Source of the DNA: the human T2T-CHM13v2.0 reference genome, Homo sapiens
Strand: one strand, 5' to 3'
NCBI RefSeq assembly: GCF_009914755.1
Contig: NC_060930.1
Length of the DNA stretch: 64,000 nt
Below the pieces are notes generated by a model that saw only the letters and a list, made by a program, of their open reading frames with translations, was not told where the DNA came from and made no database searches. Both the position numbers and the translations under genes were made by a program. Numbering within the stretch: position 1 is the first letter of the stretch; each line of letters starts with the position of its first letter. Positions 19,604-34,290 of the stretch are shown in pieces.

Positions 19604-19812
19604 CAGGTTGAGTACCCCAATCCAAAAATCTGAAATCTGAAATGTTCCAAAATCTGAACTTTTTGAGTGCTGACTTAACGTCCAAAGGACATGCTCATTG
19701 GAGCATTTCTGTTTTTGGATTTGGGATGTTCGACCAGTAAGTATAATGCAGATACTCCAAAACCCAAAACATTTCTGTTCCCAAGCATTTCAGATAAGGA
19801 ATACTCAATCTA
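19604..19812. mobile_element. Tigger4a (Zombi/MER46) TcMar MITE
   Basis: TIRs CAGGTTGAGTA and TACTCAATCTA flanked by TA on both sides. Internal AAATCTGAAAT repeats and ATGCTCATTGGAGCATTT. Confidence 0.88.
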
Positions 19813-20711
19813 TATATTTTGCTTTGATTTAAACATGTTTTTGTATCTTTTGAATATTCATAATTTGTAAAAACTGGCACTTCACAACTCCTATTTAACT
19901 ACTGACATTTTACAGACTAAAAGAGTTATGCTTATATTTCTCATTTTTTGTGTGCTTATTCATTTTGAGTTCCTTTTAATATTCCTTCAATATTGTAAGA
20001 GATAAAAGATACAGAATAATATGCCCAGGAGAGGAAATAACAGCTTACTCTGTCTGATTATACTATATTCTACAGAGAGAAAAGTACTCAGTGATAAAAA
20101 ATTATTCACTAGTATATTATAATTTAAGTTAGGTTATCTACTGATGTAATTCGTTCCTAGAAAAGTCCTTTATTTTGACTTGGTGATTCTGTGTGATCGA
20201 CTTTCACTCAAGCTTCACGACAATAACTGACACTAATAGAACTGGGTTTACGGAGATAAAGAGGAAGCGGATCCTTCTCCCAGAAGCAACCAGTGTAACA
20301 GAAGGTATGCAGTCTAACTTGTGAGTAAACAGAATTCTGGAATGTCCAATACTGGGGTAACAAATTCTCTCAAAGCTGGAGGAAATAAAGAAAATGACAC
20401 TTTAACCTGTGTCAAGCTACTTCTCAGCTAAAATCCAAGTTATATTCACACTGAAGCTATGAAAACACAAACAACCCAGGAAGCACAGGGATGGAATTGA
20501 TTGGCATTCTGTAATTCCCTGCCTTCCCTTTTGCTAACCCCTCATGGGCATTTTCAAGGGGACTGGCAGGACTCAGTGAAATCCTCAGCCACTTAACGAG
20601 GCTATTAATTGGCCAGGAGGAAGACTGAAGCCCAAGCTTCGACCTCAATAGTTTAAAGCTCTAACAAACCAACATCAATTAGCACAGACACAAAATTTTG
20701 ATATCCTTTAG

Positions 20712-21060
<349 letters not shown>

Positions 21061-21157
21061 TAAATGTAACTTTCTAATGATTGATATCTTTTGTTATGAA
21101 TGCTAACTAAAATCTTACAACATTTTGGGGTTCTCTGTTTAATTTTTAAAAGCACTT

Positions 21158-21325
21158 ATTATTAACTTTACTTGAGTCATGGACTCCTTTGAGAATCTGA
21201 TGAAAAATGAGGATATCTTCTTCCCTGAGAACTGCACACATGTGTGAGCCAACACACGAACACATTTTTACCTACGACTTGAGGAAATTCACAGACAGTT
21301 TTAGACCCTAGGTTAGGAAATTTGG
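21158..21325. mobile_element. MER103C-like hAT-Charlie MITE
   Basis: CATGGACTCCTTTGAGAATCTGATGAAA..TGCACACA..TTCACAGAC..CCTAGGTTAGGAA. Confidence 0.7.
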
Positions 21326-22369
21326 ATTTTCAGAGAGAAAGCCACAATTTCCAGTGATCTTTCACTCACTGATGCTTCAATTTTGCATGTGTTTACTGAA
21401 GACCACGCGTAAGGCACTGTACGTAAAGCTGTGTGGGACACAAGGAACTATCGAATCTTGTTGTGGCAGCGGAGAATCTGACCGTGGAGCACACATAGGG
21501 TGAAGCCACAGACACCATCAACGCGGCTGCTGCAGAGCGCCTCTGGGATGGCCGTTTCCTCCTTGGTGATTTGGAGTCCCTGCCATGACCCCACGGTGTG
21601 GGGAGTGAGACAATGAGAGTGAACAGTACTTGCTTTGTAAGTGGTAAACCACTGTGCAAGTGTTAGCTGTTGGTTTTATGAAGTCAAACTTGCTTTCCTG
21701 TTTTGAGAGCCAACCACTGAGTAGTAAACCAAAAATTTATACCAGGAAAGTGAAAGTGAGATGGCAGAAGATTAGTCAGAAACATCCAAAAGGGTCTTCT
21801 TAATGAGGATAGAAGATCACTTAATCAGGAGTCTGCATACCAAAAGCATCCAGTCAACTGTTCTGAAAAGGTATTTTAAAATGATGATCCAATAAGAAAG
21901 AAAACTGCCAAGGTAATAATTGAAGAGGCATTTGCCATTGCAGCATGGAGCTCTGACTGTGAGTTTATGAAAAGTGTTATTTAATTTCCATTTTCAGGCA
22001 GTCCCAGATATTTTTGATATATGTAAAATAATGAGCTATTCATGTCTTCATAGGATATATAAACAAACTAAAATTAAATAAATTAAATAAGTGAAATGTT
22101 TATAAGGCATAGTCACTTATTTCTTACACAGAATATGCTAAAATAGCCCCTCCCTGGTGTTAAAATATCAATATTCTTTTGGAGTGAAGCCATCTAAGCC
22201 TGAAAGTGTGATTAATCTGGAGCGTGTCAGCTTCCAGACAGTCAAACAAATCATATTCAGTTCCAGATGCATCCCACTGAGGATGGCTGTGCTGGGGGTT
22301 TCTTTGTCTTCTCTTCCTCCTCACTCTCTTCAACCTAACTTAGGATGCTGAAAGAAACCATGAGGAAGG

Positions 22370-22566
22370 CCTGGGCCTCAGACACACTCTGGTTTGAATC
22401 CCAGCTCTGCTACTTAATGACTGTGACGCTGGCAAGTCACCTCCGCTGTAAAATTATGATAACAATGCCTCCTTTGCAGGCCCAAACAAAATGCACAAGA
22501 AAAGGAGTGTGAAGTGCCTGGAACGGTGCCAAGCAAATAGTAGTGAGTCAATACAATGGTGGCTAC
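22370..22566 (+). mobile_element. MIR/MIRb
   Basis: GGTTTGAATCCCAGCTCTGCTACTTA..GGCAAGTCAC..CTGTAAAAT..GTGCCTGGAACGGTGCC. Confidence 0.8.
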
Positions 22567-25500
22567 AATAGTGTGCACTGATGATGCCATTTCCTCTGAG
22601 TAAATTGGATGCATGCATCCTACAGCTACACAGCACTGTCTGTTTTGCAAAACACCTTCATGCAGATGTCATTTGTTCCTCATGACACATTTCTGAGTTT
22701 TGTGCAAATCTTACTGTAACCTGTGAGATGTTCGCTGATCTGTCAAAGTCACACAGTGCAGAAATAAGAAGTGGTCCAACTGAAAGCTGGAGTTTGACAA
22801 TATCTGATATGTCCAGCCAGAAAAGCATCCTACGTTATCAGCATCTATTGGTACAGTATGATGCTTAAGCTCAGCTCTATGAATACTGTAAAAATCCAAG
22901 AAGGGGAAGAAGAGAAGAGCTATCTGAGAAACACGAACATATATCTAGGAGGCAATCAGTCTCAGGAGAAACTTTAGAGTCTAAGAAAGAAAAGGAAGAG
23001 CAGGCAAAGAAGGTTTTTGTGTAATTTCCAACAGCAATAGAAAGAACAGCCCTGTGAGCGGAAACCTGTAGCCTTACTGAGGTCTGGGCTTACAGGGACT
23101 AGAAGAATGATATTTATGAAAACAGTACAATAATGTGTCCAAGTATACACTGCCCTTTTGTAATCTCCAAAATCTCATGCTATTTTCAGTTACTGTTACA
23201 AGGAAAATGAAGAAGGAGACAATGAATTGAAGACCATAATCAAAATCCAATGCATGAGCTCTCTCTTTTTTAACCCCTGAGGGTAGGACAAGGAAGGAAT
23301 ATGCTAAAGAAAAGAAAAAACATGTTTCTTATAATTGGAAAGTGCTTGTAGTATGTGTGGAGAAATTCTGATGCACATAATTTCCTGAGTCCTTTCTTTT
23401 AATCCCCAGAGAAAAACATGGCATACCCCCTCCATTTGAATCTGCACATAAAGAGAAAAGGCAAGTTTCAAATCCAAAAGGGGCCATTAAAGGATTTCAC
23501 TGGGTACTGGAACTGCATCCAACAATGGTTAGACATTTTACAAATTCTACTTATTTCTTCAATTAAAGTAAAAAACGCTTGAACAGAGATGCAGAGGTCA
23601 TCCACTGAAGTTTGGGGTGCAACATCATCTGCCATCATGTGCTGGATTATCTAGACTAGCAAAGCACGGGGGAGTATACGTTCGTGGGGACTGGCATATA
23701 AGAACTTTGAAAACCAGCTGATGACTGCAGACGAAGCCTGGCTGAAAAACTGGTCAGGGTTCGTGATGACACCAAACGTAAAAAACAAAAACAAGCATGG
23801 ACTCAGGGTCGCTTCGCTTCCTCTCCACTGTTCTGTAGGTGGTGGCTTGTCAGCAACAACTAGTTTCTAGAAAGAGAGTTTTATTGAAAATACTACCTCT
23901 GTGTTCCTGTTTAATATTCCTCATGCTTAAGCTGAAATGGATGTTTCAGAGCAAAATAGCAGTTAACTGTCATTAGCTGGAACCAATATTGTAAAATCAT
24001 ATTCTTACTTTGTGAATGACAGAGCCTGCTAATCCCTATTTGCAAACATGAGGCTCAAATGGCAGGGTTAAAGCAAACTGCAAGGACAGAGGAGGCTCTT
24101 GGCAAGGAGGGTTTAGACTAACTCACTGGATGATGAAAAAAGGCAGCAGAAATTCAAGGGGAAAAACAGAGCATGGCCTTTACATTTTATATGCATTCAA
24201 GGCAGTTAGAAAATGCACAGAGGGTCCTCTTTTTTTTTTTTTTTTAACTTTAAGAGAAGTCTACTATTTGAGAGCAATATCTATATTATTTGGGTTCTCC
24301 AAGGTCTTTCTCAATAGTTATGATATTCCTTGAAAGTAACAGCATTTACTGAATAATTCTCTAAATACAACTCTCTTCTCTTAACAAGGTTATTAACGAA
24401 AGCTCTGACCACTGCTTAGAATGTTTAGCGCTCAGCAATGTTGAAGTGTTAGGCATGAAATACATGTTGGTGCTAAATCGTTTCACAAAGTGGTTGGGGA
24501 TGCCTGGGGACTACAACCTGCAGAGTGACACTCATGGAGGAAGAGGGCTGCCCTTGGGCAGGTGCGTGCACATCGGAGGGAAATCTGAGCACGTGTGGTG
24601 TGACAGCTTCACAGTGGGCCAGAGAAGGGCTCGACTGGCTCGGAAACAGGCCTGTGCTGAGCAGCATCGATGGCTGTCAGATGGACTGGCCCAGTTCTCC
24701 TTGGGGAGTGTCTGACACAGGAATTCTAACCGTTTCACTCCTCTTGAGAGGATTTGCAAGGAAGAAACTACCGTGGAGGTAATTATATCTTATTCCAAGA
24801 AGGAAAGAGTTAATCAAGATTTCAGTCTCCTTGGGAAGCACCCAGGAGAGTTTCACATGAAAGGGTGTAGACTTGTTTTTAAGAAATATCAAATCCATTA
24901 ACAGTTTATGAGTATCTCAGACTTCAAACATTTACTATTGGGTCAAAAGTTCAAACCACTATACACTGTACATTTTTGAAAAACAGGAACTAAACTGAAT
25001 TTTGAGTAGTAGCTTTAATTTAAAGCACAGAAATGACAAACTATTTGAAGCCAAACATGACGTACAAAAATTAATTGAAGAAAATCTTGAAAGAAGAAAG
25101 TGATGACCATTGTTGCTCCTTAAAAAATTCCCAAAGAGTGCTGACTATATCAGAGGCAAGGCCTTATAAATAAATGAATCAAAACCATAAGAATTCTACT
25201 TCCCTCATCTCTTTTCTTAGCTGTAATGTTCATATAAACATAGCTGCAGAATAAAGGACAGTATATTATCTGGTGTGGAGAGATGTACTGTCTTCGTAAC
25301 TCACTTGTGCCTCATCACTCACATGTCACAGGCTAACCACCCCCGCTGCGGAAATCACAGCATCTATCATAGGATCTTTCTGCATCTGTGGAGGACACTC
25401 AGAGCAATGAGTTGATATGAGATATGGAGTATATCCCACAAGGAAGAGGGGCAGGCTCTCAGATGAATTATGAGGGTCATTCCTTCACAGCTGCAGATAG

Positions 25501-27440
25501 TTTTCATATTTTATAAAGCAAAGCATGAGGCAATCTCTCACTGTGTTATTAAAGTGGATTAGGGCCCATCAGCATCCCCAAATGATGATTGTGTGTAAAT
25601 GTGCAGACACACAGACAAACATGTACAAGAATGCACACACTCGTCCTTCTGTCTGTCTCACCAAATATCCAGGAAAGATGTTTCAGGCTACAGTCACATT
25701 GAAAACATATGTGCAGAAAGGCATGCTAACTCATGTTGGGGTGGAAACGACTTCACCTAAAGGAACAGCTTCCAAAACTCTCCTCTGTGGTTATAAAGAA
25801 GCAAACTTTCATCAGTCATCACTGCAGTCATCTGATTGAATCAGTGTGGCATGTAACTTCAGGGATCAGAAGACTGGAGATTGAGGAAAGGGAACTGAGT
25901 TTCAGAGAGCTGAAGGTGGGCAGTTCATCAGAGGCAAGGCCAGGCTGACTAGCGAGGAATGTCCATTCCAGGGGGAGTTGAAGGGGATGAGAAATTTCCA
26001 AGCGGAGCCTGCTCGATGGCCTCCTGTCTTTGGCTGATTCCGAAAGACAAGTCTGTTAGAGACAACAACTTAATAAAATCTGTAACAGCTAATATGATTG
26101 ACAGGAAAAGTAATAATAAATCAAGGACCCAGGAATGAAGTTCTTCAGAAATACCAAGCCTTCTAGAGAAGAGATGGAGAATTATGCTAGCAAGCGCATG
26201 CATGGCTGAAGGTGGGGAGTTTTATGGACAACCTTGGTAAGACCCCACTACTCATCTTCTTTACTCATACAACATCTTCCTTTCTATCTGCATGGTATTT
26301 GGAGATACTGGAAGAGCCAAAACGATGCAAATATTAAAAGACAAACACTGCATAACCACCACCAATTCTACAGGGTGGCTGCTAGCTCAAAGGCATCTTT
26401 TGAGTGTCTTAGAGGAAGGTGCCTTTTCCTTTTACTCTGTTGAAAAACTCTATTAATATGTTGATTCTTACGATAAAACACTTTACTGTCACTTGCCAGA
26501 AAATTACCACAAGTATACAAATCAAAGATGTCTGTAAGAGTGGCACTCTCACTGGACATGATGTGCTTGGACCCACTATACTTTGAACCTTCCTTGACCT
26601 CATGTTTAGCAGGGGTCAAAACACATTACTTTGAAGCCTGTGTATATAGAGCGATTTGCAGCTGGCCTGATGCCCTGCTCCAGGGATCCAGGGATATAAA
26701 AAAGGCAGTGTTTTGCCAGATAGTTTCCATGTTGCTGTGAAATGCAATGAAAGTTTTTTGTTTTTCTTCTAGAAACTTCTGTGGCTTGGAGTTCAAAACA
26801 CGGTTCTTTGAAATACAGAGAAATTATCCTACACTTTTTCAAAAATATGAGTAATAGATGGCTGTCTTTACATAATAGTTATTTTTTCTTCAAGTTCTCT
26901 AAATTCTCTAAAATGAACATTTATTCTTTTCTGTCTTTATTGTGAAAAAAGAAAAGTTTATTTTTGAGAAATAAAAAAAGGGAGATGGGAGGTATGTGGG
27001 GTTTTATGATAATATTCTACTGAGCAATACAATGGGTGTCCTGTCCCCTCCTGTGCTGTACTAGCACAACCTCTGCACTGCTACCGTCGTGGAATGACAC
27101 GGGCAGCCAGCTGGACTCAGAGACTCAGTGCCTGCATCAACCTCCAACGAAAGCCGTGACCGTTCAGAATCCGGAGTTGACTATACACCAGGCTCAAGAA
27201 GACACAGAGTTTTCTCAACCATTCATGGGAGGGCAGTGAATAAAGACCATTTCTCTTTCCATCGAGTTTGGAAAGTCAGAGGACAGTTGCTGCCTCTCTT
27301 TGAACAAACGATGCAAAAATACATAGAATTTTCATTTAAGATTTCGTTAAATCTAAGGCATCGCCATTATTACGAAGAATTATGTCCCACACAGAATTTT
27401 TGGAATATTAAATCCTTGGTTTTCAAAAAATGGTCTGTGG

Positions 27441-27726
27441 GGCCAGGTGTGGTGGCTCACATCTGTAATCTCAGTGCTTTGGGGGGCCGAGGCATGGAGA
27501 TCACTTGAGGCCAGGAGTTTGATACCAGCCTTGGCAACATGGCAAGACTCTGTCTCTACAGAAAAAAAAAAAAAAATTTAGCTGAGCATGGTGGCATGTA
27601 CCTGTGGTCCCAGCTACTCAGGAGGATCACTCTGAGCCCAGGAGTTGGAGGCTGCAGTGAGCTATGATTGCACTATTGCACTCCAGCCTGGGCAACATAA
27701 CAAGACCTTGTCCCTAAAAAAATTAA
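27441..27726 (+). mobile_element. AluJ with a small right-arm deletion
   Basis: J-type GAGGCTGCAGTGAGCTATGATTG. About 13 bp collapsed at CAGGAGG (about 27620). TSD GGTCTGTGG at 27432-27440 and 27727-27735. Confidence 0.93.
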
Positions 27727-28119
27727 GGTCTGTGGGCATCACTTGAGAGTGAAATATGTGGACTGTTAGGCTCTGTTTCAGATTTACACCATCGAAACCT
27801 GCCTCTAAGTAAATTTTCAAAGCACTGATTTTGCTCCTTTCTATCTGGGCACTTAGCTTGCCTGCCCTGAAAGACCATTAAACAGGAAATGCGCAGATAT
27901 ACGGGTGAAGACTGACACTCTTCTCCCCCAAGATCTGCCAAGTCCTGGGGGGATGTGGCCCAAACCTCATCAACTAAGGAAGCAACAACAAGAGCATCTG
28001 TAGGTGGGGATCTGGCCAGAGGTCCCAGATGATAGATGAGGTGTTAGATAATCATGAGTGTGAAAACAAACGGCTTTAGACACTAATTCTAGGCACATTT
28101 TACCCTGTAAAATTTGGCA

Positions 28120-28356
28120 TAATGATAATAAAGCCCCTCACTGATGAATGCCTACCGTGTGCCAGGCACCATATGGGCATGGGCCATACCCCTAATCCTC
28201 ACGCCGGCAGTGAAACAGGTTACGTGGCTCCTGCTGGGTGGCAGAAGACATGGAGGGGAGACGCGCTGCTGCGCCTACATAGCACAGCTCCTAGGCAGCC
28301 TGGAGATCCTGTCCACTTCAAAGGTAATGTTCATTCCACTATTCCACACTGCTTCC
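28120..28356 (-). mobile_element. MIR relic
   Basis: TGCCTACCGTGTGCCAGGCAC..TAATCCTCAC..TCATTCCACTATTCCACACTGCTTCC. Confidence 0.6.
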
Positions 28357-31259
28357 TTAATGTTCATGTTGCTTCGGAGGATGTGTGATATTTTTTTAAA
28401 TGTGGCAATTCTAGAAAGAAAACTAATCTGCTTATATTTTTATTTTATGTTATTTCTATATTTCTTCTTGATATACTTCCAGATTTACTGCTGAAGGCTG
28501 AAGTCACTTTATTTTGAAAAATTAAGAAAATACACACACACACCAGCTCCATCTGGAGACTCCATTTCAACAGTGTGTGTTACACCATCACTCTGAAAAG
28601 AGTTTCCCGAGATTGTAATGACATCAATATTTCTAGGAAAAAGGAGAATGTTGAACACGTCTCTGCTCCTGAAATGCAATTATGTGCATTCAGCAGGCAT
28701 GTGTAGGGAATAGAACTAGAGTTTAAATTAGATGATCTTTGGATGAAATTCACATTTGTGGAACACTTTCTTCTTCGGGGGATGGAGGGATAGCAAGAGG
28801 GTATAAAGTACCTTCTCCATTATAAAATGCAAACTGTTCTCAGCAGACGGCTCACCATGAATAACGAACCAGGGAATTAAAAGCTTTAAACCTGTTAAAG
28901 AAGCAATATTAAGTTTGGTATAAATATAGCTGAAATAATCCAGACAGTTTTATGACCTTACACCCCAAATAAAGGTGAAATGCTGAATTCTTTCCCTAGA
29001 AATAGAGGTAAACACAGCTAACAGATGGAAGAGCTGAATGGAAATTTCAATAAAGAGGGCCACAAAGAAGCATTTGTAAGCTCAGGGGTGCACGCATTAA
29101 AAAAAGAAGCTGAAAAATGGAACTTTGTTTTATTTTGATAGAGTGCCAAAACAGTACTGCATTCCTTAAAGAGCTGAATAAAGGATCGAGTTAGACTGGC
29201 CTTCTCAACACCTCACGAAAAGCGCCCTTGGGTCTCATTTTGCTGGGATGACTATTTATATGACAGGTAAGGGAATAACTTTGCTGGATTCTGTTACACT
29301 AGGGCCTCTGTGACCCCTAGGTCAAAAGAGCAAATGCAAAAGTGACAATGTGGATAATTGCCTGTTTAGGATAATGGAATACTGATTGAAGTCAATTATT
29401 ATAACACCTGAAAGATAAATGAGCTGATGTTAAAGGTTCAGTGGAGACAGCAGACGAGTGGAACGGCGGGCACTGTGCTGAGGAGTGGCCAAGGAACTGT
29501 GGAATTCAAGAGGAGGGGGCAGCCTTCCTGACCTGGAACTTACTCCAGCCTGGAGTGTTCCAAGATCTAAAATAGGTTAGTTTGTAAAACATGCCATAAA
29601 ACAGAAATTTAGCCCAATGTCTCGAACTGCAGGATTAGAGTAACATTAGTTAACGTGGCCCTCCATTAATTTTCACTATAACCTCTGAAGGCCTAGACTT
29701 GCCCCAAATCCATTATTTTTGTCTGTCACTGGAGGGAACTTTCCCTTCCTGCCAGCCAGGAAAAAGCCTGCTGACGTTTGCAGCTCAGACCTCAAAGCTC
29801 GTCGACAGCAGCAGCCTGACCAGTGTGGGCCAGGACTGTACCAGCTCTGCAGTCAGAACTTGGCCCCTTGCATTTTCTTGTTTTTTTTTTCTCTTATAGC
29901 AGAAATACGCCTGAAAATGTTTTTCCAACCCCAACACCCCTGCTGCCCTCCTGGTTCAGGTTTCTTATTGCCGTGTCTGGCCCTTCAAAGGCCTACCCCA
30001 TCATCTCGCAGTGCTGGCGTGGCCTCCCATGCTGATCCCTGGACCAGTCCTGGCTGGGGTGGGAGTGAGGAGGGAGCGCTCAAGTGGGGGTCTCAAGAGA
30101 AATGAGCTGTACTCTGTTTAGAAATCAGACCAGATGTGATCACCACCGTCCACATGCCTCTGGGTACGAGGACAGCCTTCCTCCAGCAGCCCTCTCAGGG
30201 TCATGCTGGAGGACTTTCTGTCCAAGGCTCCACTTACTGGAAACTTCAGAGGAGGGTCTTTCATCCCCTGATGCTCCCCTCTGAGCCCAGGCCCAGTTCT
30301 GACCATTCTAGCCCAGTCCCACTAACACAGCCTCCTGGCCGGGGGAAGTATCCTGCTTCTGGAGCTGGAAGTGCTCCTGTGGCATCCTGATGCATTTGCC
30401 AATGCCCAGGGTCACAGATCAGGTGAATTAACAGCCTGGGACTCTACCTGGGCCCTCTGCCTCCAACTGCCACCACAGATAAAGGTAACTGTGTGTGAAT
30501 TGAGAAGCTTCTAGAGACAATGACTCTGGAAGGAAAGTTTTTGATAGAGTCTGCGATTTTCCAGCGAGAAACAATGCGTGTGACCCCTGCAGAGACAATC
30601 CTCATGTCCTCCATGAGTGTGCGTCTGTGTGAAAACGAATGTCCTCTGATAGGAAATGACCCCAAAAGCGCTCTTGTGTTTCCCATCCCCTCCCAAGAAC
30701 AGCGTATAAGCAGCTGCACAAGCATGACTCAATCATGGATGCGAACCTGTCCCTCTAACTGATAGTGGTAAAATGAAAAAAACACTGACCAAATTCAATT
30801 TCTTCTTTAACTCATTGAAGGCCACAGACGTAACTGAGCGAAGTGTCTGTGTTTCGAGTGCACAGAGCGGAGTGGAAGTCGGCCCTGTGACTGTCATATC
30901 AGGCATATTTTAGTGAACACCAGACACAGCCAGGCTGGTACCAAAACTGCTGGAGAGAATCACCTTTCCCAAATCCTGCCTCGGTTGGCTGAAGGCCACC
31001 AAAGGCACAGTGTGGTCCAGTTCTGAGTTTAGTCTTTTGAGGACACATCCCACCCAACAGCTCTCTCAGGCCAGGAGCCACCGTGAGCACGCCTCACTCA
31101 AAGTGGGGAATGGACGCCAAATCGAAAAAGAGCGAAGTGAATCCGACACTCTTGCTCCGCTTGCAGCCTGTCCCTGGCTTATACGTAAAGATACATGCTG
31201 GCAATTGTGTTTTGTATAAGTAAGTTTGATGAGTAAAAGTTTTGTTTTCTAAATAATGA

Positions 31260-31446
31260 TTTCTAATCCTTTGGCAATGTGTGACTTCAGGCAAATCACT
31301 TCTCCAGGCCCTAGTCTTCTCATCTGTAAAATGATGATACTACCATGTAGTGCCACAGAGATTCTTTTAGGGGTTAAATTACAGTACCAAGGATGCTAGA
31401 AGACACACAGAATGTATTCAATAAATGGCAACTACTACTGTTATTA
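31260..31446 (+). mobile_element. MIR/MIRb
   Basis: TGTGTGACTTCAGGCAAATCACTT..CTCATCTGTAAAATG..TTCAATAAATGG. Confidence 0.8.
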
Positions 31447-31580
31447 TGGGTTACTCATGCAGTGGCAACGGTGTCCCCACAGCTTCCTGAGAGCGCTTCC
31501 TCTGCTGGCCTGGGAGAGGACGGCATGGCAGGGCCTCCACCTCTCTGCCTGTCTGCAGCACCAGGAGCCTTTTGGTCAGT

Positions 31581-31805
31581 TATAAACCCTCTCCTTCCCC
31601 TCCTGCTTCCCAGCCTCTCTGCCTGCCTGAGGAGAGCGGGGCTGCTGGGTGCCAGGCCCAGGAGCTGGCTCCCGCGCTGCTCTGCCCATCCTCTGCCCGT
31701 CTCCTGCCCAGGTGCCGGCAGCATCAACACGCAACGGCTCACTGCCACCTCCCCAGGCTGCAGGGCTCGCTCACGCCATCACAGGAGTCCTAGTGCCTGG
31801 TGAGA
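31581..31805 (+). promoter_or_regulatory. Candidate TATA promoter with a non-coding first exon (about 31612-31799)
   Basis: TATAAA at 31581, a pyrimidine run and CA with the A 31 nt downstream, a GC-rich ATG-free body, and donor CTG|GTGAGA at 31799/31800. Confidence 0.3.
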
Positions 31806-33779
31806 TGTCAGACTCAGAAGAACTTCGCCATCTTGTTTTGCTTTGTTATACACCAAGGTGATGATTCCATTTAATCAGAGAGACTGAACTGTAACCCAGG
31901 ATTTACAAATTACATCAAGGAACCAAACTTATATTTTAAAAACTAGAACCAGATTTCCCTTCTCCTTTTCCTTTCACATCTCATTCTGAACACAGTTTGA
32001 GTTTGAAGACTGGTCTGTGGGGAGCGAGTTTTTCTCTGAAACTGTTGCAGTTCGACAAAAACCAATCTGTGTTGTAAAAGCATCGAATCCCAAGCGCTCG
32101 CCTTAAGTGGGAAAACACGATTGCAAGACGAAGGACACCGAGAAGGCACATGACAGCTTGCTGTTTAGAAAAAGCTCTTTGCTGACCAACAGTAAGAAAA
32201 TGGCCTTGTGTTTCAGGGAACCGAGGCAGGCCTCACGAAGGGGTCTCCAGCTCTGCCTGGCTCCCTGCCTTCGTGGTCCTTCCTCCAGGTGTCCTTGCTG
32301 CTGGTTCAGGTCCCGGGTGAAGGACAGAGCTCAGAATGGGCTGTGTTCCTGCTGCTGCTGGTGGTCCTTGCCCAGTGTGCAGATTGCTGCCCGGCTCCTG
32401 GGCTCTCGCTGCTTACTCTCGCTGGCGTGGGTTTCTGCTGTTGTGCTACTCTGGGCCCTGGCCTGGGCTTCTAGCCCTCTGCTCCTCAAGCTGACTCTGC
32501 CGAGCCTTCTGCCTACTTCCTCAGGCCACTGCTCCCACTGGGCCTGATGAGCTTGAGTGCCTGCGTGTGAAGCCTGAACTCTAGGGCCTACTCCCCTCTG
32601 CTGTCTCCCTGGCACCCTCACACCCAGGTGAGGCCACCTCAAATCAAATGTGGTGATGGCTCTTCCACACATGGCCTTAAGCCCTCTGAATTGTCAGCCG
32701 GGAGAATAACATCCCGCTGTGAATATCCTCTGAAATGAACCCTGCTGGTCATAACTTCCTTTCCTTTCAACTTAGTACTGAAAGATGAGTCACCATATTC
32801 CAATATTCTTAATGGTCATGGGGGCCTTTGTACAATTTTACAGTATTGTAGGAATAATAATATAGAACTGGTGCAATCCTCTCAAACCAACTTTTTTTTT
32901 TTTTTGGCAAAAACTGATTTTTAGAGAATCCCAGCTGTCCTGAAATATTGACGAGCAGGAGTAAAGTGGGCTAACTTCAAACACAAATCCCGGTCCCTAC
33001 ACCTCGCCGCCAAGTTCAACAGACTGCACAGCAACAGGCTGTTGTGCTTGGATCAAAAGGATCTGAGAGTCTTGAAGCAGGCTTGAAATACAACTGATTT
33101 TATGATGAGTAAAATTAATTCAATGGAATTCTATTGAAACTGCATGGAAGAAAGAGAATTTGACCCAGTTTAGTCCAGACTCACAGAATTTGGTCCAATT
33201 CTTTCATTTACTACCTTATACCAACTTAGCCCAAAATATATTTCTAGCAAAAGACCCAGTTACATGTATTTAAAAAGCATGAAGGAAAAATAAAACACCA
33301 AACCAATAAGCCTAAACATAGGTGTACTGTAGGAGTCACTGTTTCCAGATGCCCATAACCAAACACACTCATCTACAATTTAAGCTCTGTGAACATTCAT
33401 TTACTTATTTATCTTGAGTAAGGACAAATAGATAACATTTTTATTATCTCATCAGAGGCCACAAGAAGCTTCAAATCTGTAATCTTTTAATAATATCTTT
33501 CCAGTCCAAGCCTTAAGACCAACTTTGTTAGGACTAATAAAAACCTGAATTTAGAGAAAATGGGACCATCTTCAAACACAAATTTCGTATTACCCATAGA
33601 AGGATGAATGCTCTTTATAAAGAGACTTTGGATAGACATGCCTCATGGCTAACTGGCTGATTTTTAGAGCTTACTGATTTTAACTCACTCTTGGCAAAGG
33701 CAAATATTAGGAAGTTGTTAGGAAGGAATAAGTACGGGTGAAATGAGAACATAGATCAAAATGAAATAAAACACTTATA

Positions 33780-34290
<511 letters not shown>

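Noticed and set aside
30448-30586. Minus-strand exon candidate inside ORF 30444-30725
   Set aside because: Short pyrimidine tract, mediocre donor (CAG|GTAGAG) and an unrecognisable peptide.
32107-32547. 146-aa hydrophobic, Cys-rich ORF resembling a membrane protein
   Set aside because: Non-ATG start. It is open because A depletion removes stop codons, and overlapping frames are open too.
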